A DNA stretch of 64,000 nt from an uncultured Nitrososphaeraceae archaeon (GCA_963729045.1 CAVSMN010000015.1:32001-96000); one strand, 5' to 3'. Positions 10,446-21,436 are shown, counted from the first letter of the stretch. Numbers and translations are program-made. Notes: a model not told the origin generated them from the letters alone.

Positions 10446-10874
10446 TTATATCTGATTTTGATAGTTTTCTAGCATTATTCCAAGGTTATCGATTAATGTG
10501 TTCTTTTTGAAAAGTATGTTATTTGCTTGACAAATTCTTCTATATCTGTTTACTATTGCAAACCTTGGATGCAAGGCTCGAAATTCGTTTTTGTTAATTT
10601 CGATAACCATTCCTTTTTTTTCTAAGCTTTTAGAGATTTCAATAATCTGATCGGCTGCTAGGTTGGTGTTCTCTTGGAATACCAGGGAAGTTGTTTTTTC
10701 TGATTTCATCAACGCCAAAAAAATGTCAGTCTCTAACTCATTCATTTGAAGTTGCTCTATTAGTAGAATCTTGATTTGGTTTACCTGATTCACAAATATA
10801 TTGTTAGTCGATATTAAAAATAAGTTGTCCTTAGATGGATCTTTGTTAATGGGTCTATTAATGCCTAGGTCCAT
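10446..10874 (-). CDS. TrmB-like winged-HTH transcriptional regulator
   Basis: LQMNELETDIFLAL...SLEKKGMVIE...FRALHP, N-terminal TrmB wHTH pattern; start uncertain. Confidence 0.65.
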   Translation of the reverse strand: MDLGINRPINKDPSKDNLFLISTNNIFVNQVNQIKILLIEQLQMNELETDIFLALMKSEKTTSLVFQENTNLAADQIIEISKSLEKKGMVIEINKNEFRALHPRFAIVNRYRRICQANNILFKKNTLIDNLGIMLENYQNQI

Positions 10875-10941
10875 TAATGCTAGGAATGTTTATCAGAGGA
10901 CATATACAAATATTCAAATAATATCTCGTTCAATTTAATAC

Positions 10942-12459
10942 ATGCCTATTAAAAATGGGTCTGAGTACATTGAAAGTTTGAGAGATAGAAATTTGCAGGT
11001 TTATCTTTTTGGAGAACTAGTTAAGGAGCCAGTTGATCATCCTATGATTAGACCTTCTATTAATGCTGTGGCTGCTACGTATGATATAGCAGAAGAAGAT
11101 CCTGAAATAGGTTCTGCAACTTCCTCATTGACAGGACTAAAGGTTAACAGATTCTTGCATATAGCACAAAGTTCCCAAGACTTGGTGAATCAGAACCGGA
11201 TGCAAAGAAAGCTCGGACAACAAACTGGAACTTGTTTTCAACGCTGTGTGGGAATGGATGCCCTAAACTCATTGTATTCTACAACATATGAAATTGATAA
11301 AAAATATCAAACACCTTATCATGAAAGGTTAATTGAATTTATCAAAAAAATTCAATATGAAAACCATGTGATTGGAGGGACAATGACGGATGCAAAAGGG
11401 GACAGGAGTTTGTCCCCATCTCAACAAGAAGATCCAGATATGTTTGTCCATGTTGTCAAAAAGGACGAAAAGGGTGTTTATATCAAAGGAGCTAAAGCTC
11501 ATCAGACAGGCTGTATTAATTCACACTGGTTAATCGTGATGCCGACCATGCGTATGAGGCCCGAAGACAAGGACTATGCAATCGTCGGTGCCATTCCGGT
11601 AGATGCAAAAGGTATTACTTATATCTATGGAAGACAATCGTGCGATACCAGGAGTATGGAAGAGGGGGACTTGGATTCAGGCAATTCTCAATTTTCCGGA
11701 CAAGAGGCACTAATAATATTTGATAACGTGTTTATTCCGAATGAATTGATCTTTATGGAGGGCGAGGTGGAGTTCGCTTCAATGTTGGTTGAAAGATTTA
11801 CCTGCTATCATAGGCGAAGTTATGTTTGTAAAACCGGATTAGGAGATGTATTGATTGGTGCTTCTGCAGCAATCGCTGAATATAATGGGGTTTCAAACGC
11901 TTCCCATATTAAAGATAAATTAATTGAGATGACTCATTTGAATGAAACAATATTTGCAGCCGGTTTAGCTTCTTCACATCAAGCATACAAGACTCCGTCT
12001 GGGAATTTCATTAATGATGATATGCTTGCTAATGTGTGCAAGCACAACGTTACCCGTTTTCCATACGAAATAGGTCGACTAGCTCAGGACATTGCTGGAG
12101 GCCTTATGGTCACTATGCCCTCTGAAAAGGACTTTAGAGGACCCGTTACCGGTCCATTACTTGATAAATACTTGAAAGGACGAAAAGGTGTATCAACAGA
12201 AGACAGGGTTCGTATACTTCGGTTAATAGAAAATATGACCCTTGGTAGAAATGCTGTTGGGTACCTGACCGAATCCATGCATGGTGCAGGGTCGCCACAA
12301 GCTCAACGTATCCAAATAGCTAGACAGATGCAGCTTGAATACAAGAAAAAATTGGCAAGAAAATTAGCAAAAGTAGCAGAAGGCGAAGACACCATATCAA
12401 ACCCCTCGTTAGCAGAATCATCTGATTATTTTGATAGAATATTTGGAATAAAAAAATAG
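10942..12459 (+). CDS. abfD: 4-hydroxybutyryl-CoA dehydratase (3-HP/4-HB carbon fixation cycle)
   Basis: TGTCFQRCVGMD, TDAKGDRS, GAKAHQTG, HRRSYVCK, ESMHGAGSPQAQ. Confidence 0.96.
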   Translation: MPIKNGSEYIESLRDRNLQVYLFGELVKEPVDHPMIRPSINAVAATYDIAEEDPEIGSATSSLTGLKVNRFLHIAQSSQDLVNQNRMQRKLGQQTGTCFQRCVGMDALNSLYSTTYEIDKKYQTPYHERLIEFIKKIQYENHVIGGTMTDAKGDRSLSPSQQEDPDMFVHVVKKDEKGVYIKGAKAHQTGCINSHWLIVMPTMRMRPEDKDYAIVGAIPVDAKGITYIYGRQSCDTRSMEEGDLDSGNSQFSGQEALIIFDNVFIPNELIFMEGEVEFASMLVERFTCYHRRSYVCKTGLGDVLIGASAAIAEYNGVSNASHIKDKLIEMTHLNETIFAAGLASSHQAYKTPSGNFINDDMLANVCKHNVTRFPYEIGRLAQDIAGGLMVTMPSEKDFRGPVTGPLLDKYLKGRKGVSTEDRVRILRLIENMTLGRNAVGYLTESMHGAGSPQAQRIQIARQMQLEYKKKLARKLAKVAEGEDTISNPSLAESSDYFDRIFGIKK

Positions 12460-12576
12460 AACCTGATACTGGGGTTAAATCCTCTTTGTTTTTTTGTGTT
12501 TAATTTATTGCAAGATTTTTTCCGAACCAATATTGTGATTTTTATTACCTATTCAGATTTGGTTGTCTCCTATGGT

Positions 12577-13623
12577 TTAGTCCTGAAATTCCGATTCCAG
12601 TAATTTCTTTTTCTTTTTCATACCGAATACCTTGTCAGTTTGTCTTATTGCATCTGCTCGGGGTCGTTTCAACAACATTGATTGTATTAGCATGTAGTTT
12701 TCAGGTATTACCATTCCGGTTTGATCATCTGAATATGAAATCTTCAAAGTATCCTCCTGAATTTTTAACAACTCGCTATGAATGTGGACCATGGATGTAT
12801 CTCCATGATCGAATTTGAGTTCTGCAGCCTTCTTTCTTATGTCTCCGGTGCCCTTTGCATTTTTCAAAATAGCAACTCCAAATTCATTTTTGAAATTATC
12901 TAGGATATTATCCTTAGACGGTGGTCTCCCATCAAACCTGATTGTCATTTGATGAAGATGCATCATTCTTGATGGCACCTTTAATGCATCGACATACAAA
13001 TTGGCAGAGGGTATGAAATCTTTCAAGTCGTCCTGGTGATGTGGATTTTTATCCCACTCTATCGAATCCCTTACCTCTTTCTTATCTTCTAAATCGGCCC
13101 ATCTCCTCACTAATACAACATCAAATCTTTTAATTAATTTGCCATAACTTTCAATCAATGGTTGGATGATTTTACCCATTCCAGTAACATTACAGCTGCC
13201 TTGGATTACGGAATCTTTTTCTAAAGTCTTTTCATAATTTACTCTTGAATTGTGGATAATGTCTGCCACGGAATTTCTGCCATACCTGTCCTCACCTCCT
13301 TGAAAAATTGCCTTCTTCTTAAGAGGCTGATAATATTTTCTCTTATTTTTAATTCCATTTCCTTCTGTAGAAGCATCGATAACCAAATCGGATTGGTTTA
13401 TTGCATCCTCTATACTACCTGAAATGTCGTAATTTTTGTTTCTAAATTCCTTAATTAATTTGCGAGGGACAAAAACCTTGTATCCCTTGTTTATTGCTTC
13501 TTGTGTTTTTTCATCGACAGAATATTTTGCTATACCTATAAGGTTAATAGATTTATCCTTTGTTAGGGCAGTTGCCAATCGGCTTCCAATTATGCCATAA
13601 CCATTAATAAAAACTTGATACAC
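12577..13623 (-). CDS. gap: Archaeal type II glyceraldehyde-3-phosphate dehydrogenase
   Basis: INGYGIIG, FQGGE, catalytic GSCNVTG, RR.AD, HHQDD. Confidence 0.92.
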   Translation of the reverse strand: MYQVFINGYGIIGSRLATALTKDKSINLIGIAKYSVDEKTQEAINKGYKVFVPRKLIKEFRNKNYDISGSIEDAINQSDLVIDASTEGNGIKNKRKYYQPLKKKAIFQGGEDRYGRNSVADIIHNSRVNYEKTLEKDSVIQGSCNVTGMGKIIQPLIESYGKLIKRFDVVLVRRWADLEDKKEVRDSIEWDKNPHHQDDLKDFIPSANLYVDALKVPSRMMHLHQMTIRFDGRPPSKDNILDNFKNEFGVAILKNAKGTGDIRKKAAELKFDHGDTSMVHIHSELLKIQEDTLKISYSDDQTGMVIPENYMLIQSMLLKRPRADAIRQTDKVFGMKKKKKLLESEFQD

Positions 13624-13785
13624 TCTTGGTTTGTAATTTTTACAATATTTAATATATTTTTAATGGTCTTGATCATAACCTAAATTTCAGGTTACATCTA
13701 ACAATCTTGTTACAATTTATACAATCTTTTTGTCTTCAAATCAGAGATAGAAAATCTTAAAATATTATCAACACATATTCCCTAT

Positions 13786-13883
13786 ACGCTCGTTTGATTG
13801 CTGATCATGGGATGCAGGAATCTTTGGGTGAGACAGGGTTTGGTCATGAATTACTACAGGACGTGCCAAATCAGCGAAAGTGT
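13786..13883 (+). ncRNA. Candidate structured non-coding RNA (unassigned)
   Basis: About 47% GC patch in AT-rich spacer, self-complementary ends, BRE/TATA-like GAAAATCTTAAAATA at 13750-13764. Confidence 0.35.
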
Positions 13884-14137
13884 TAATTAATTCCACCAAT
13901 TTAGAACCGACAGATCGTTGATGTTTGTTTCAGAGAAGAACAAAGATGGAATATTCAACGGAAATAATTTCAATTTGGAAAAACCGAACTCAAATCTGTT
14001 TCTCATAACTTGAACTATTTGGTATTGATAAATCTTATTCAAATGCATTAGAAAATGATGATCGATAAAGAGCTAGAACAGGATCCAGGTTGAATAATGC
14101 CAAAGTTATAATAAAGTCAGATGTAAAACAGCATATT

Positions 14138-14621
14138 ATGACAATGGATGGCGGTAATAGAAGAGGTGTTGATATGGAACAAACTGTAAATGATTTAGTA
14201 CAGGAATCAAAGTTACTTGAAGCTTATTATAATGATGTAGTAGCAAAGGAGTCCGTATTACATCGATTATATGAAGAGTCTCACAACTCCTTTGAAGCAT
14301 TAAAGATCTTTGTCTTCAGAAGCCGAAACACTATCATTAGTTCCTCTAGGAATAGGTGTATATGTTAAAAGTCTTATTTATCCACTTGAAAAAGTTCTGG
14401 TAAACATCGGCGCTGGGGTAGTAGTTGAAAAGAAGAAGGATGATGCTGTCAATTTCATAGAACAACGCATAAAGGAATTTGAATTGGCTACAAAGCAATT
14501 ATCAACGCAAAAACAACAGATTTCTCATCGCATGATGGAAATACAGAATACCGTAAATTCTTATGTTGGGCAGATGCGAAACCACGATGAATCAGCACAC
14601 TCTCACTCACATTCACACTAG
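14138..14621 (+). CDS. pfdA: Prefoldin alpha subunit, apparent frameshift about 14310
   Basis: Coiled coil in first frame; LVPLGIGVYV...VLVNIGAGVVVEK in second; directly upstream of ftsY. Confidence 0.88.
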
Positions 14622-14677
14622 CGGCTGTCAAAATCAACCAAAGCTAAAGTTTTAGATTATGTATTTGGGATGCCTAT

Positions 14678-16034
14678 ATGTTTGATAAATTAAAGCGAGC
14701 ATTCTCTAATGCTGCGAAGAGCATTAGTCAGAGGGAACTATCTGAAAAAGATTTGGATGAAAGTCTTTTTGATCTAAATATTGCCCTTTTGGAGAGTGAT
14801 GTTTCTCAAGAAGTTATAGATGATTTATCCCAGCAAATAAAAGACAATTTAGTGGGTATGAAATTACAAAAGAATGAAACTACTGAACAAATTATTGCAT
14901 CTACGTTAAAAGATAATTTTTCAAAGATTCTAGCCAAGGCAGGATCAGTTGATTTGATTTCTGCGATTAATGCAAAGAAGCAACGCAAGGGTGGACCATT
15001 TAAAATTGTATTTTTAGGAATAAATGGAACAGGAAAAACTACTACTGTAGCCAAGGTAGCTAATTTACTAAAAAAATCTGGATTTTCAATAGTGATTGCT
15101 GCCGCTGATACTCACAGGGCCGGAGCAATCGAGCAAATTACTTCACACGCAGAAAAACTATCCATAAAAGTTATATCTCAAAGATATGGTGCCGATCCAT
15201 CTGCTGTTTCCAGGGATGCGCTAGAGTACGCGAGCAAACACTACATTGACGTCGTATTAATTGATACTGCGGGCAGGATGCAAACTGCAAAGAATCTAAT
15301 GGATGAAATTGGAAAAATTGTAAAGGTTATCAAACCTGATATCAAACTATTCGTTGGTGATTCGTTATCAGGTAATGACACTATTAATCAAGCCCGAGAG
15401 TTCTTTTCATATACAGAATTTGATGGCGCAATCCTGACCAAGACAGATGCTGATGCAAAAGGCGGATCAGCAATATCAATATCCTACATTACCTCCAAAC
15501 CGATTATTTATTTAGGTGTTGGTCAAGGATACGACGATATCATCAGGTTCAATAGAGAAAGATTTGTTGAGACTATTTTCAATAATGAGTCTCTTCTTGA
15601 TTCTTCTCGTGGTACTCAAACATCATTGCCCAACGAGAATTACGTGGTTCCTGATATCGAAGATACTAATTCAGGTAAGGAGACGCGTAATCAATTAAAG
15701 AGTGATGTTTTAGAAGAAAGTAGCAGAGTTTTTAATCAGGATTTTGTTTCAGAAGATGGTCCGGATTCAGAAGTACTTTTAGCCGAAAATAGCGCTGAAG
15801 CGTTACCAGGTCTTTCTAAAAAATCAATGAATGATGATTTGAAAATAGATTCATCGTCTTCTTTCAATACTCCTGTTGAACAACAAGAATCGTACTCTGA
15901 TGAAAATTCAACAGGGGAAATTGAAAAAATTTCCGAGACCTATACAAGCAAAAGAGGAAGGAAAAGAAAAAGAAGAAAAGAAGGAACAAGGTGAGAAAAA
16001 AAGCCGATTCGGATGGTTTAAGAAAAAGAAATAG
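14678..16034 (+). CDS. ftsY: SRP receptor FtsY with long acidic C-terminal tail; apparent frameshift about 15930
   Basis: LLESDV, GINGTGKTTT, DTHRAGA, DTAGR, TKTD; alternate frame gives ...EKKSRFGWFKKKK* ending 16034. Confidence 0.92.
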
Positions 16035-16077
16035 TTATTTGAAAGCATTAAATTAAAGATTTTTTTCAGAATTAATA

Positions 16078-17035
16078 TTGAAAGAAGATATCTTAAGTCT
16101 TCAAGATTTGAGGTCTGATCAAATTTTAGCTCATACTGGATCACGCATCATCCTTGAAAAACCAGTTCAAAGCGGAAGGTTCTAATCTTAAATACCTAAA
16201 TGGAAAAATCCTGGGAATGATTTTTCAAAAGCCCTCAACAAGAACGAGGATAAGTTTTGAAACAGCAATGCTTCAATTAGGTGGACATGCGATAAATCTT
16301 TCTTTTAGTGATTTACAGTTATCTCGTGGTGAATCGGTACAAGACACAGCTAGGACTATTTCATTGTATGTTGATATCTTGATGGCTAGAGTTTATGAAC
16401 ATAAAGATATCGAACAATTATCAGAACATTCTACCATTCCGGTAATAAATGGATTATCAGATTTATTTCATCCCTGTCAAATTCTGGCGGATTTACTCAC
16501 TATCCGCGAATATAAAAAAAAATTAAAAGGGATCAATCTGGCGTTTATTGGAGATGGCAATAATGTTTGTAATGATTTACTCCTAGGGTGTTCAAAATTG
16601 GGGATAAATATTCGAGTTTCTACTCCTATAGGTTTTGAGCCACTAGATTGGGTGGTGGAAATAGCAAGAACATCAGCTAAAAAAAATGAATCTGCTTTAT
16701 TGATAACATCGGATCCTACTGAAGCAGTTATTGATGCCGATGTAATAGTTACCGATACTCATATTTCAATCGGAAAAGAAAATGAGTTTGACAGCCGCGA
16801 AAAAATATTTTTCCCTAAATATCAGGTTAATGATGACTTGATCAAATATGCAAAAAAAGATTTCATCTTCATGCATTGTTTGCCCGCAAAGCGAGGAAAA
16901 GAGGTTACATCTCAGATCATTGATGGCCCTCATTCTGCCATTTGGAGCGAGGCCGAAAATCGTTTACATGTGCAAAAAGCCTTATTGATCAAAATATTGG
17001 GAGATTCATCCGCACAGAATAAGAACCATTCTTGA
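16078..17035 (+). CDS. argF: Ornithine carbamoyltransferase; apparent frameshift about 16130
   Basis: STRTR, HPCQ, GDGNNV, HCLP, ENR; N-terminus MKEDILSLQDL lies in another frame from TTG 16078. Confidence 0.93.
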
Positions 17036-17087
17036 ATAATAAAGCATCAAATACTTTAAAATATTCTAAATTTTGAAATAGTTATAT

Positions 17088-17396
17088 ATGACAAAGTTTT
17101 TGGTGGATAAGGCCGTAAACATTCCTGAAGGTAAATTAAAAAATATTACTGCCGGGGGTAAAGAAATCGTAATAGCTAATGTTAAAGGTGAATACTATGC
17201 AATTAATAATATATGCACTCACGCAGGAGCTGAATTACATGAGGGGATATTAGAAGGTAATGAACTTGTCTGTCCATGGCATGGTGCTAAATGGAATGTT
17301 CAAACTGGTGATCTTATCTGGTTTCCCCAAAAACTAAAAAACCAGCAGTCATACAATGTGGTGATAGAGGGTGATAACGTATTTGTCGAAATCTAA
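17088..17396 (+). CDS. Rieske [2Fe-2S] ferredoxin
   Basis: CTHAG and CPWHG ligand motifs. Confidence 0.92.
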   Translation: MTKFLVDKAVNIPEGKLKNITAGGKEIVIANVKGEYYAINNICTHAGAELHEGILEGNELVCPWHGAKWNVQTGDLIWFPQKLKNQQSYNVVIEGDNVFVEI

Positions 17397-17437
17397 TGTT
17401 AGTAATAGGATAACCGTAACAAACAAGGTAAATATAT

Positions 17438-18197
17438 GTGAAAATTAATGAGTTTATATCAACACTGCCTAATTCGGTATTAACCGGAGACAGCGTTGTT
17501 ATTCCTGATGATTTTATTAGGAAGATGTTCTCAATTTCAAATTTAAATAAAGACGATATATTTTATCATCTCGGTATTGGTAACAATCCTTCAACATTAC
17601 AGATTGCCAGTAGAAGAATTCAAAGTTAAGAAGGCTGTGGGGATAGATATTAACGCTACAGTTATTGATGAAATCAAATCGAAAACAAAAATCATCAAAA
17701 ATGTTTATGCCCTTAACGAAAACGTTTCTAATTGTTCCTTATCCGAGGCGACCGTGATTTTTTCTTGGTTTACAGATGAAAAAATAAACAAATTATTATC
17801 TAAAAAATTTGAATCAGAGTTGGATAATGGTGCTAGAATTATTTCTATATGGTCTCCCCCGGCTCTTTTTTTACCCGACAAAATTGATTTTCCAATATTA
17901 GTGTGTGAAAAACCATTCAAAATTGGAGTTGATATTAAAGATCAACTTAGAGCAATCTACAAAAGCGATTGTATTGACTTTACGGCCTCTTGGAATTTGG
18001 CTGACAGGTATATCAAATCTTTTGGTACGGTTGACGCTAGGCATCACAGATTCTTGAATATCTTACAAAGTTTAATAATATGGTTTAATGCAAGAGATTT
18101 AGGAATAGCATGTGAAAATGAAATTCCGCCTCCAGTGAAAAGTTATGTAGAAATATTAAAATATTTTTTTAATATAGATCTAACTGATTTTTATTAA
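17438..18197 (+). CDS. Class I SAM-dependent methyltransferase-like protein; apparent frameshift about 17608
   Basis: FYHLGIG motif I variant in first frame, KAVGIDIN and ATVIF in second. Confidence 0.7.
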
Positions 18198-18400
18198 GGA
18201 AGGTTAATTTATTAATTAAATTTTGAAATAATTTTATTGGATTTGAATGATATTATTTTTTTAATTTTCATAACGATGTAATAAAATAAATTATTAAAAT
18301 TTTTCTAACAAAAAAATTTTTTATAATTTATTGTCCATATCTTTAATAACAATCTACCCCAAAGATTATAACTATTGGTATTATGAAGCAAAATTAGAAG

Positions 18401-19963
18401 ATGGACTTTACAATTAATGAGGGGCGAAGAAATTTAACAGTTCCCCTATTAGTTGAATCAGCTATTCTAAATGATGAGGGTAAGCTATCATCTACCGGTT
18501 CGTTATCGGTAAAGACCGGAAAATTTACTGGTCGTTCACCTGAGGATAAATTTATTGTCAAGGATGAAATTACTGCCAACTCGGTAGATTGGGGTAAAGT
18601 TAATCATCCTATTTCTGAAGAAAACTTTGAAAAAATATTTAGTCGTATGACAAAATATATCCACGATAATAAATTAGAGGAGAATCTATATACTTTCGAT
18701 GGATTTGTTGGGGCTGATGTCTCCTCTAGGCTATCGATAAGAGTCATTACAGACAGAGCATGGCATAGTTTATTCGCAACTCAAATTTTCATAAACGCAT
18801 CACCAGAAGAATTGTCTCATTTTAAACCTGATTTTACTCTGTTGTCAATTAATGATTTTGCATCTATTCCAGAGTTAGAAGGAACAAAATCTGAAACTTT
18901 TATTATTATTAGTTTCAAGCGAAATTTAATCCTGATGGGGTCAACTTCTTATGCTGGCGAAATAAAGAAATCCATGTTCTCAGTCATGAATTTTCTTTTA
19001 CCTAAAAAGGGCATATTTCCTATGCATTGTTCTGCAAATTTGGGTAAAGATCATAGGTCAGCCTTATTTTTTGGTTTGTCAGGAACAGGAAAAACAACTC
19101 TTTCGGCCGATGAAAATCGACGATTAGTGGGAGACGATGAACACGGTTGGTCTGATAATGGTGTATTTAATTTTGAAGGAGGTTGTTATGCTAAATGTAT
19201 CAATCTAAACAAAGATAAAGAACCACAGATATGGAACGCAATTAAATTTGGTTCCGTAATGGAGAATGTTGTAATTGATCCTTTTTCAAGAGAACCTGAT
19301 TTTACAGATGGTAGTTTGACAGAAAATACCCGTGTTGTCTATCCTTTAAATTTTATACCAGGAGCAGTTATCCCAAGTGTCTGCGGTCATCCGTCCGTCA
19401 TAATTTTTCTTACTGCAGATGCCTTTGGGGTCCTTCCTCCTATATCTAAATTATCAAAAGAGGGCGCCATGTATCATTTCATGTCGGGATATACTAGCAA
19501 ATTGGCAGGGACTGAACGAGGAATCACCGAACCAAAAGAGACATTTTCTCAATGTTTTGGAGCCCCTTTCATGCCATTAAAAGCTGCGGAATACGCAAAG
19601 TTACTAGGAGAGAGGATTACTAAATATAATTCAAAAGTTTATTTAATCAATACCGGCTGGTCGGGCGGTCCATACGGAATAGGTAAACGAATAGAACTAA
19701 AATATACCAGGCAGATGGTTTCTGCAACGCTCAAAGGTACACTAGATGACGTTCCATACGAAACACACGAAACGTTTAATCTTGATTATCCCACGCATTG
19801 CTATGACATCCCTGCTTCTATATTAAATCCTCGAAATACTTGGCATGACAAGAATCAATATGACTTTTCTGCCAAAAGATTGGCTAAATTATTTATAAAT
19901 AACTTCAGGAAATTTGAACCCATTTCTGAGGAAATCATCAAGGCGGGTCCTCATTTGAACTAG
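18401..19963 (+). CDS. pckA: Phosphoenolpyruvate carboxykinase (ATP)
   Basis: TGRSP, YAGEIKK, MHCSAN, GLSGTGKTT, GDDEHGW, FEGGCYAK, ENTR. Confidence 0.97.
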   Translation: MDFTINEGRRNLTVPLLVESAILNDEGKLSSTGSLSVKTGKFTGRSPEDKFIVKDEITANSVDWGKVNHPISEENFEKIFSRMTKYIHDNKLEENLYTFDGFVGADVSSRLSIRVITDRAWHSLFATQIFINASPEELSHFKPDFTLLSINDFASIPELEGTKSETFIIISFKRNLILMGSTSYAGEIKKSMFSVMNFLLPKKGIFPMHCSANLGKDHRSALFFGLSGTGKTTLSADENRRLVGDDEHGWSDNGVFNFEGGCYAKCINLNKDKEPQIWNAIKFGSVMENVVIDPFSREPDFTDGSLTENTRVVYPLNFIPGAVIPSVCGHPSVIIFLTADAFGVLPPISKLSKEGAMYHFMSGYTSKLAGTERGITEPKETFSQCFGAPFMPLKAAEYAKLLGERITKYNSKVYLINTGWSGGPYGIGKRIELKYTRQMVSATLKGTLDDVPYETHETFNLDYPTHCYDIPASILNPRNTWHDKNQYDFSAKRLAKLFINNFRKFEPISEEIIKAGPHLN

Positions 19964-20015
19964 AATCCTTTATCTTGCAATTGATTTAAAAGAGTTTTCT
20001 TACATCAATCTGAAG

Positions 20016-20143
20016 TAGCCCGGAGCAGATTCGAACTGCTGTCCCCAGGTTTCTTCTCTATCAGATCCAGAGCCTGAGATCCTTAGTCCTTTTGAGGTTT
20101 GACCGCTAGATTCGGCACCATTTTATCATGGTTCGACCGGGCT
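20016..20143 (-). tRNA. tRNA-Gln(CTG) with three introns (10/11: 20111-20133; 21/22: 20083-20098; 37/38: 20051-20066)
   Basis: After removing three inserts: AGCCCGG TC GTCT AGCGGTCAA GGAT C TCAGG CT CTG GA CCTGG GGAC AGCAG TTCGAAT CTGCT CCGGGCT A, a complete cloverleaf. Confidence 0.9.
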
Positions 20144-20233
20144 TCACGAGCTACACTTTCTGATATTTGTTTCCATTATTTTATTTTATCTCTAATCCAA
20201 TGGAAATACTTTTCAACTAATGAATAATTTTGT

Positions 20234-20581
20234 CTATTTCTTGGTATTTATTTCTCTAATTACAGTTCCATAATCGAGATGAACTTTTTTTCTCATGTAC
20301 GGGATCAATTTATAATGGATTGAATAAATGTTCTTTTCGCGCACTAAGATGCCTTTAACCAAAAGTGACACAAACCCTCCTGCAACCTTGGAAGGCAAAA
20401 TTTCTTTGTTTTCACAAACACAATCTCGCTTTATATGATATTCTTGTAAAGTAAAATAGTTTCTGTTAACATCCAATATTAGCGGCCAGATTACGTATTC
20501 CCATACCAACCGACGATTTTCGGTCGACGATGCGTGTTTTCCCTTTTTCCTTTCCTTTTGTTTGTAATTCTCTAATGTCAT
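20234..20581 (-). CDS. Hypothetical protein, possibly winged-helix DNA-binding
   Basis: Basic N-terminus; SKVAGGFVSLLVKGIL...YSIH wHTH-like ending; ATG 20581 preferred over 20638. Confidence 0.6.
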   Translation of the reverse strand: MTLENYKQKERKKGKHASSTENRRLVWEYVIWPLILDVNRNYFTLQEYHIKRDCVCENKEILPSKVAGGFVSLLVKGILVREKNIYSIHYKLIPYMRKKVHLDYGTVIREINTKK

Positions 20582-20660
20582 TTTCTCTGTGTTTTGATCT
20601 TTATTATTGGACTTGATATCATAGTCACATTTAAACATCCGGTTTTATAATTCTACATAT

Positions 20661-21404
20661 ATGGCGTTTTCTCGCGGGGAAGAGGAAAAAGTTAATGATG
20701 TCTCCTCCGCACTAGATGATCTCTCAAAAAAATGGACGATAGATCCAATTGTTAGAGATGTACATCTTGGAAAACGTACGGACATTCAAGATTATACAAT
20801 TAAGATAAACAAGGTTACTTATCATATCCCTTTTTTATCTGAATCATCTCTTTTTTTATTGTGGGATTGTCTATGGCCTGATTGTCATAACTGCTGTGAT
20901 AAGCAAGGACGGTTACCCTTAACATCCAGAGATTTAGCCAATATTTCAAAACAATTAGGATATGATTCACAATCGTCTTTTCTACGAAATGAAACTTACG
21001 TAGCAACGTGGGATAATGATTCCACTTCAGATTCAAACTCTCAGGTAATAACCACTTTAACCATGCTTAATTTGAAGAGAAAGCCGTCAGAAAATGAGAC
21101 TGACAATGGTCACCCTATTACCTGCAGATTCCTAAATGAATGTGGAGCATGTCAGCTCCATCCAAATAAGCCTGGGGTTTGCTGGTTATATCCTTTTTTT
21201 TCATGGAGTCAAAATGAAAAGAATCTAGTATCTGTACATACATCGTTTCAACTTACAGGGGATTGTCCAGGTTTCTACTTGAGTAAGAACTTGGACGATA
21301 TTATGCCAGTTCTAGTCAAATATTCTGAAATTATTTATGATTATACCATGAATGTTAACACAACAATTAGAGAAGGGTTTGGAAAAATCGACGTTATCAA
21401 TTAA
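20661..21404 (+). CDS. YkgJ-family cysteine-cluster (Zn/Fe-chelating) protein
   Basis: C..DCHNCC, CRFL...GACQLH..KP.VCWLYPF, DCPG. Confidence 0.85.
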   Translation: MAFSRGEEEKVNDVSSALDDLSKKWTIDPIVRDVHLGKRTDIQDYTIKINKVTYHIPFLSESSLFLLWDCLWPDCHNCCDKQGRLPLTSRDLANISKQLGYDSQSSFLRNETYVATWDNDSTSDSNSQVITTLTMLNLKRKPSENETDNGHPITCRFLNECGACQLHPNKPGVCWLYPFFSWSQNEKNLVSVHTSFQLTGDCPGFYLSKNLDDIMPVLVKYSEIIYDYTMNVNTTIREGFGKIDVIN

Positions 21405-21436
21405 AAAATTAAATATTTTTCACAACAAAAAATAGG

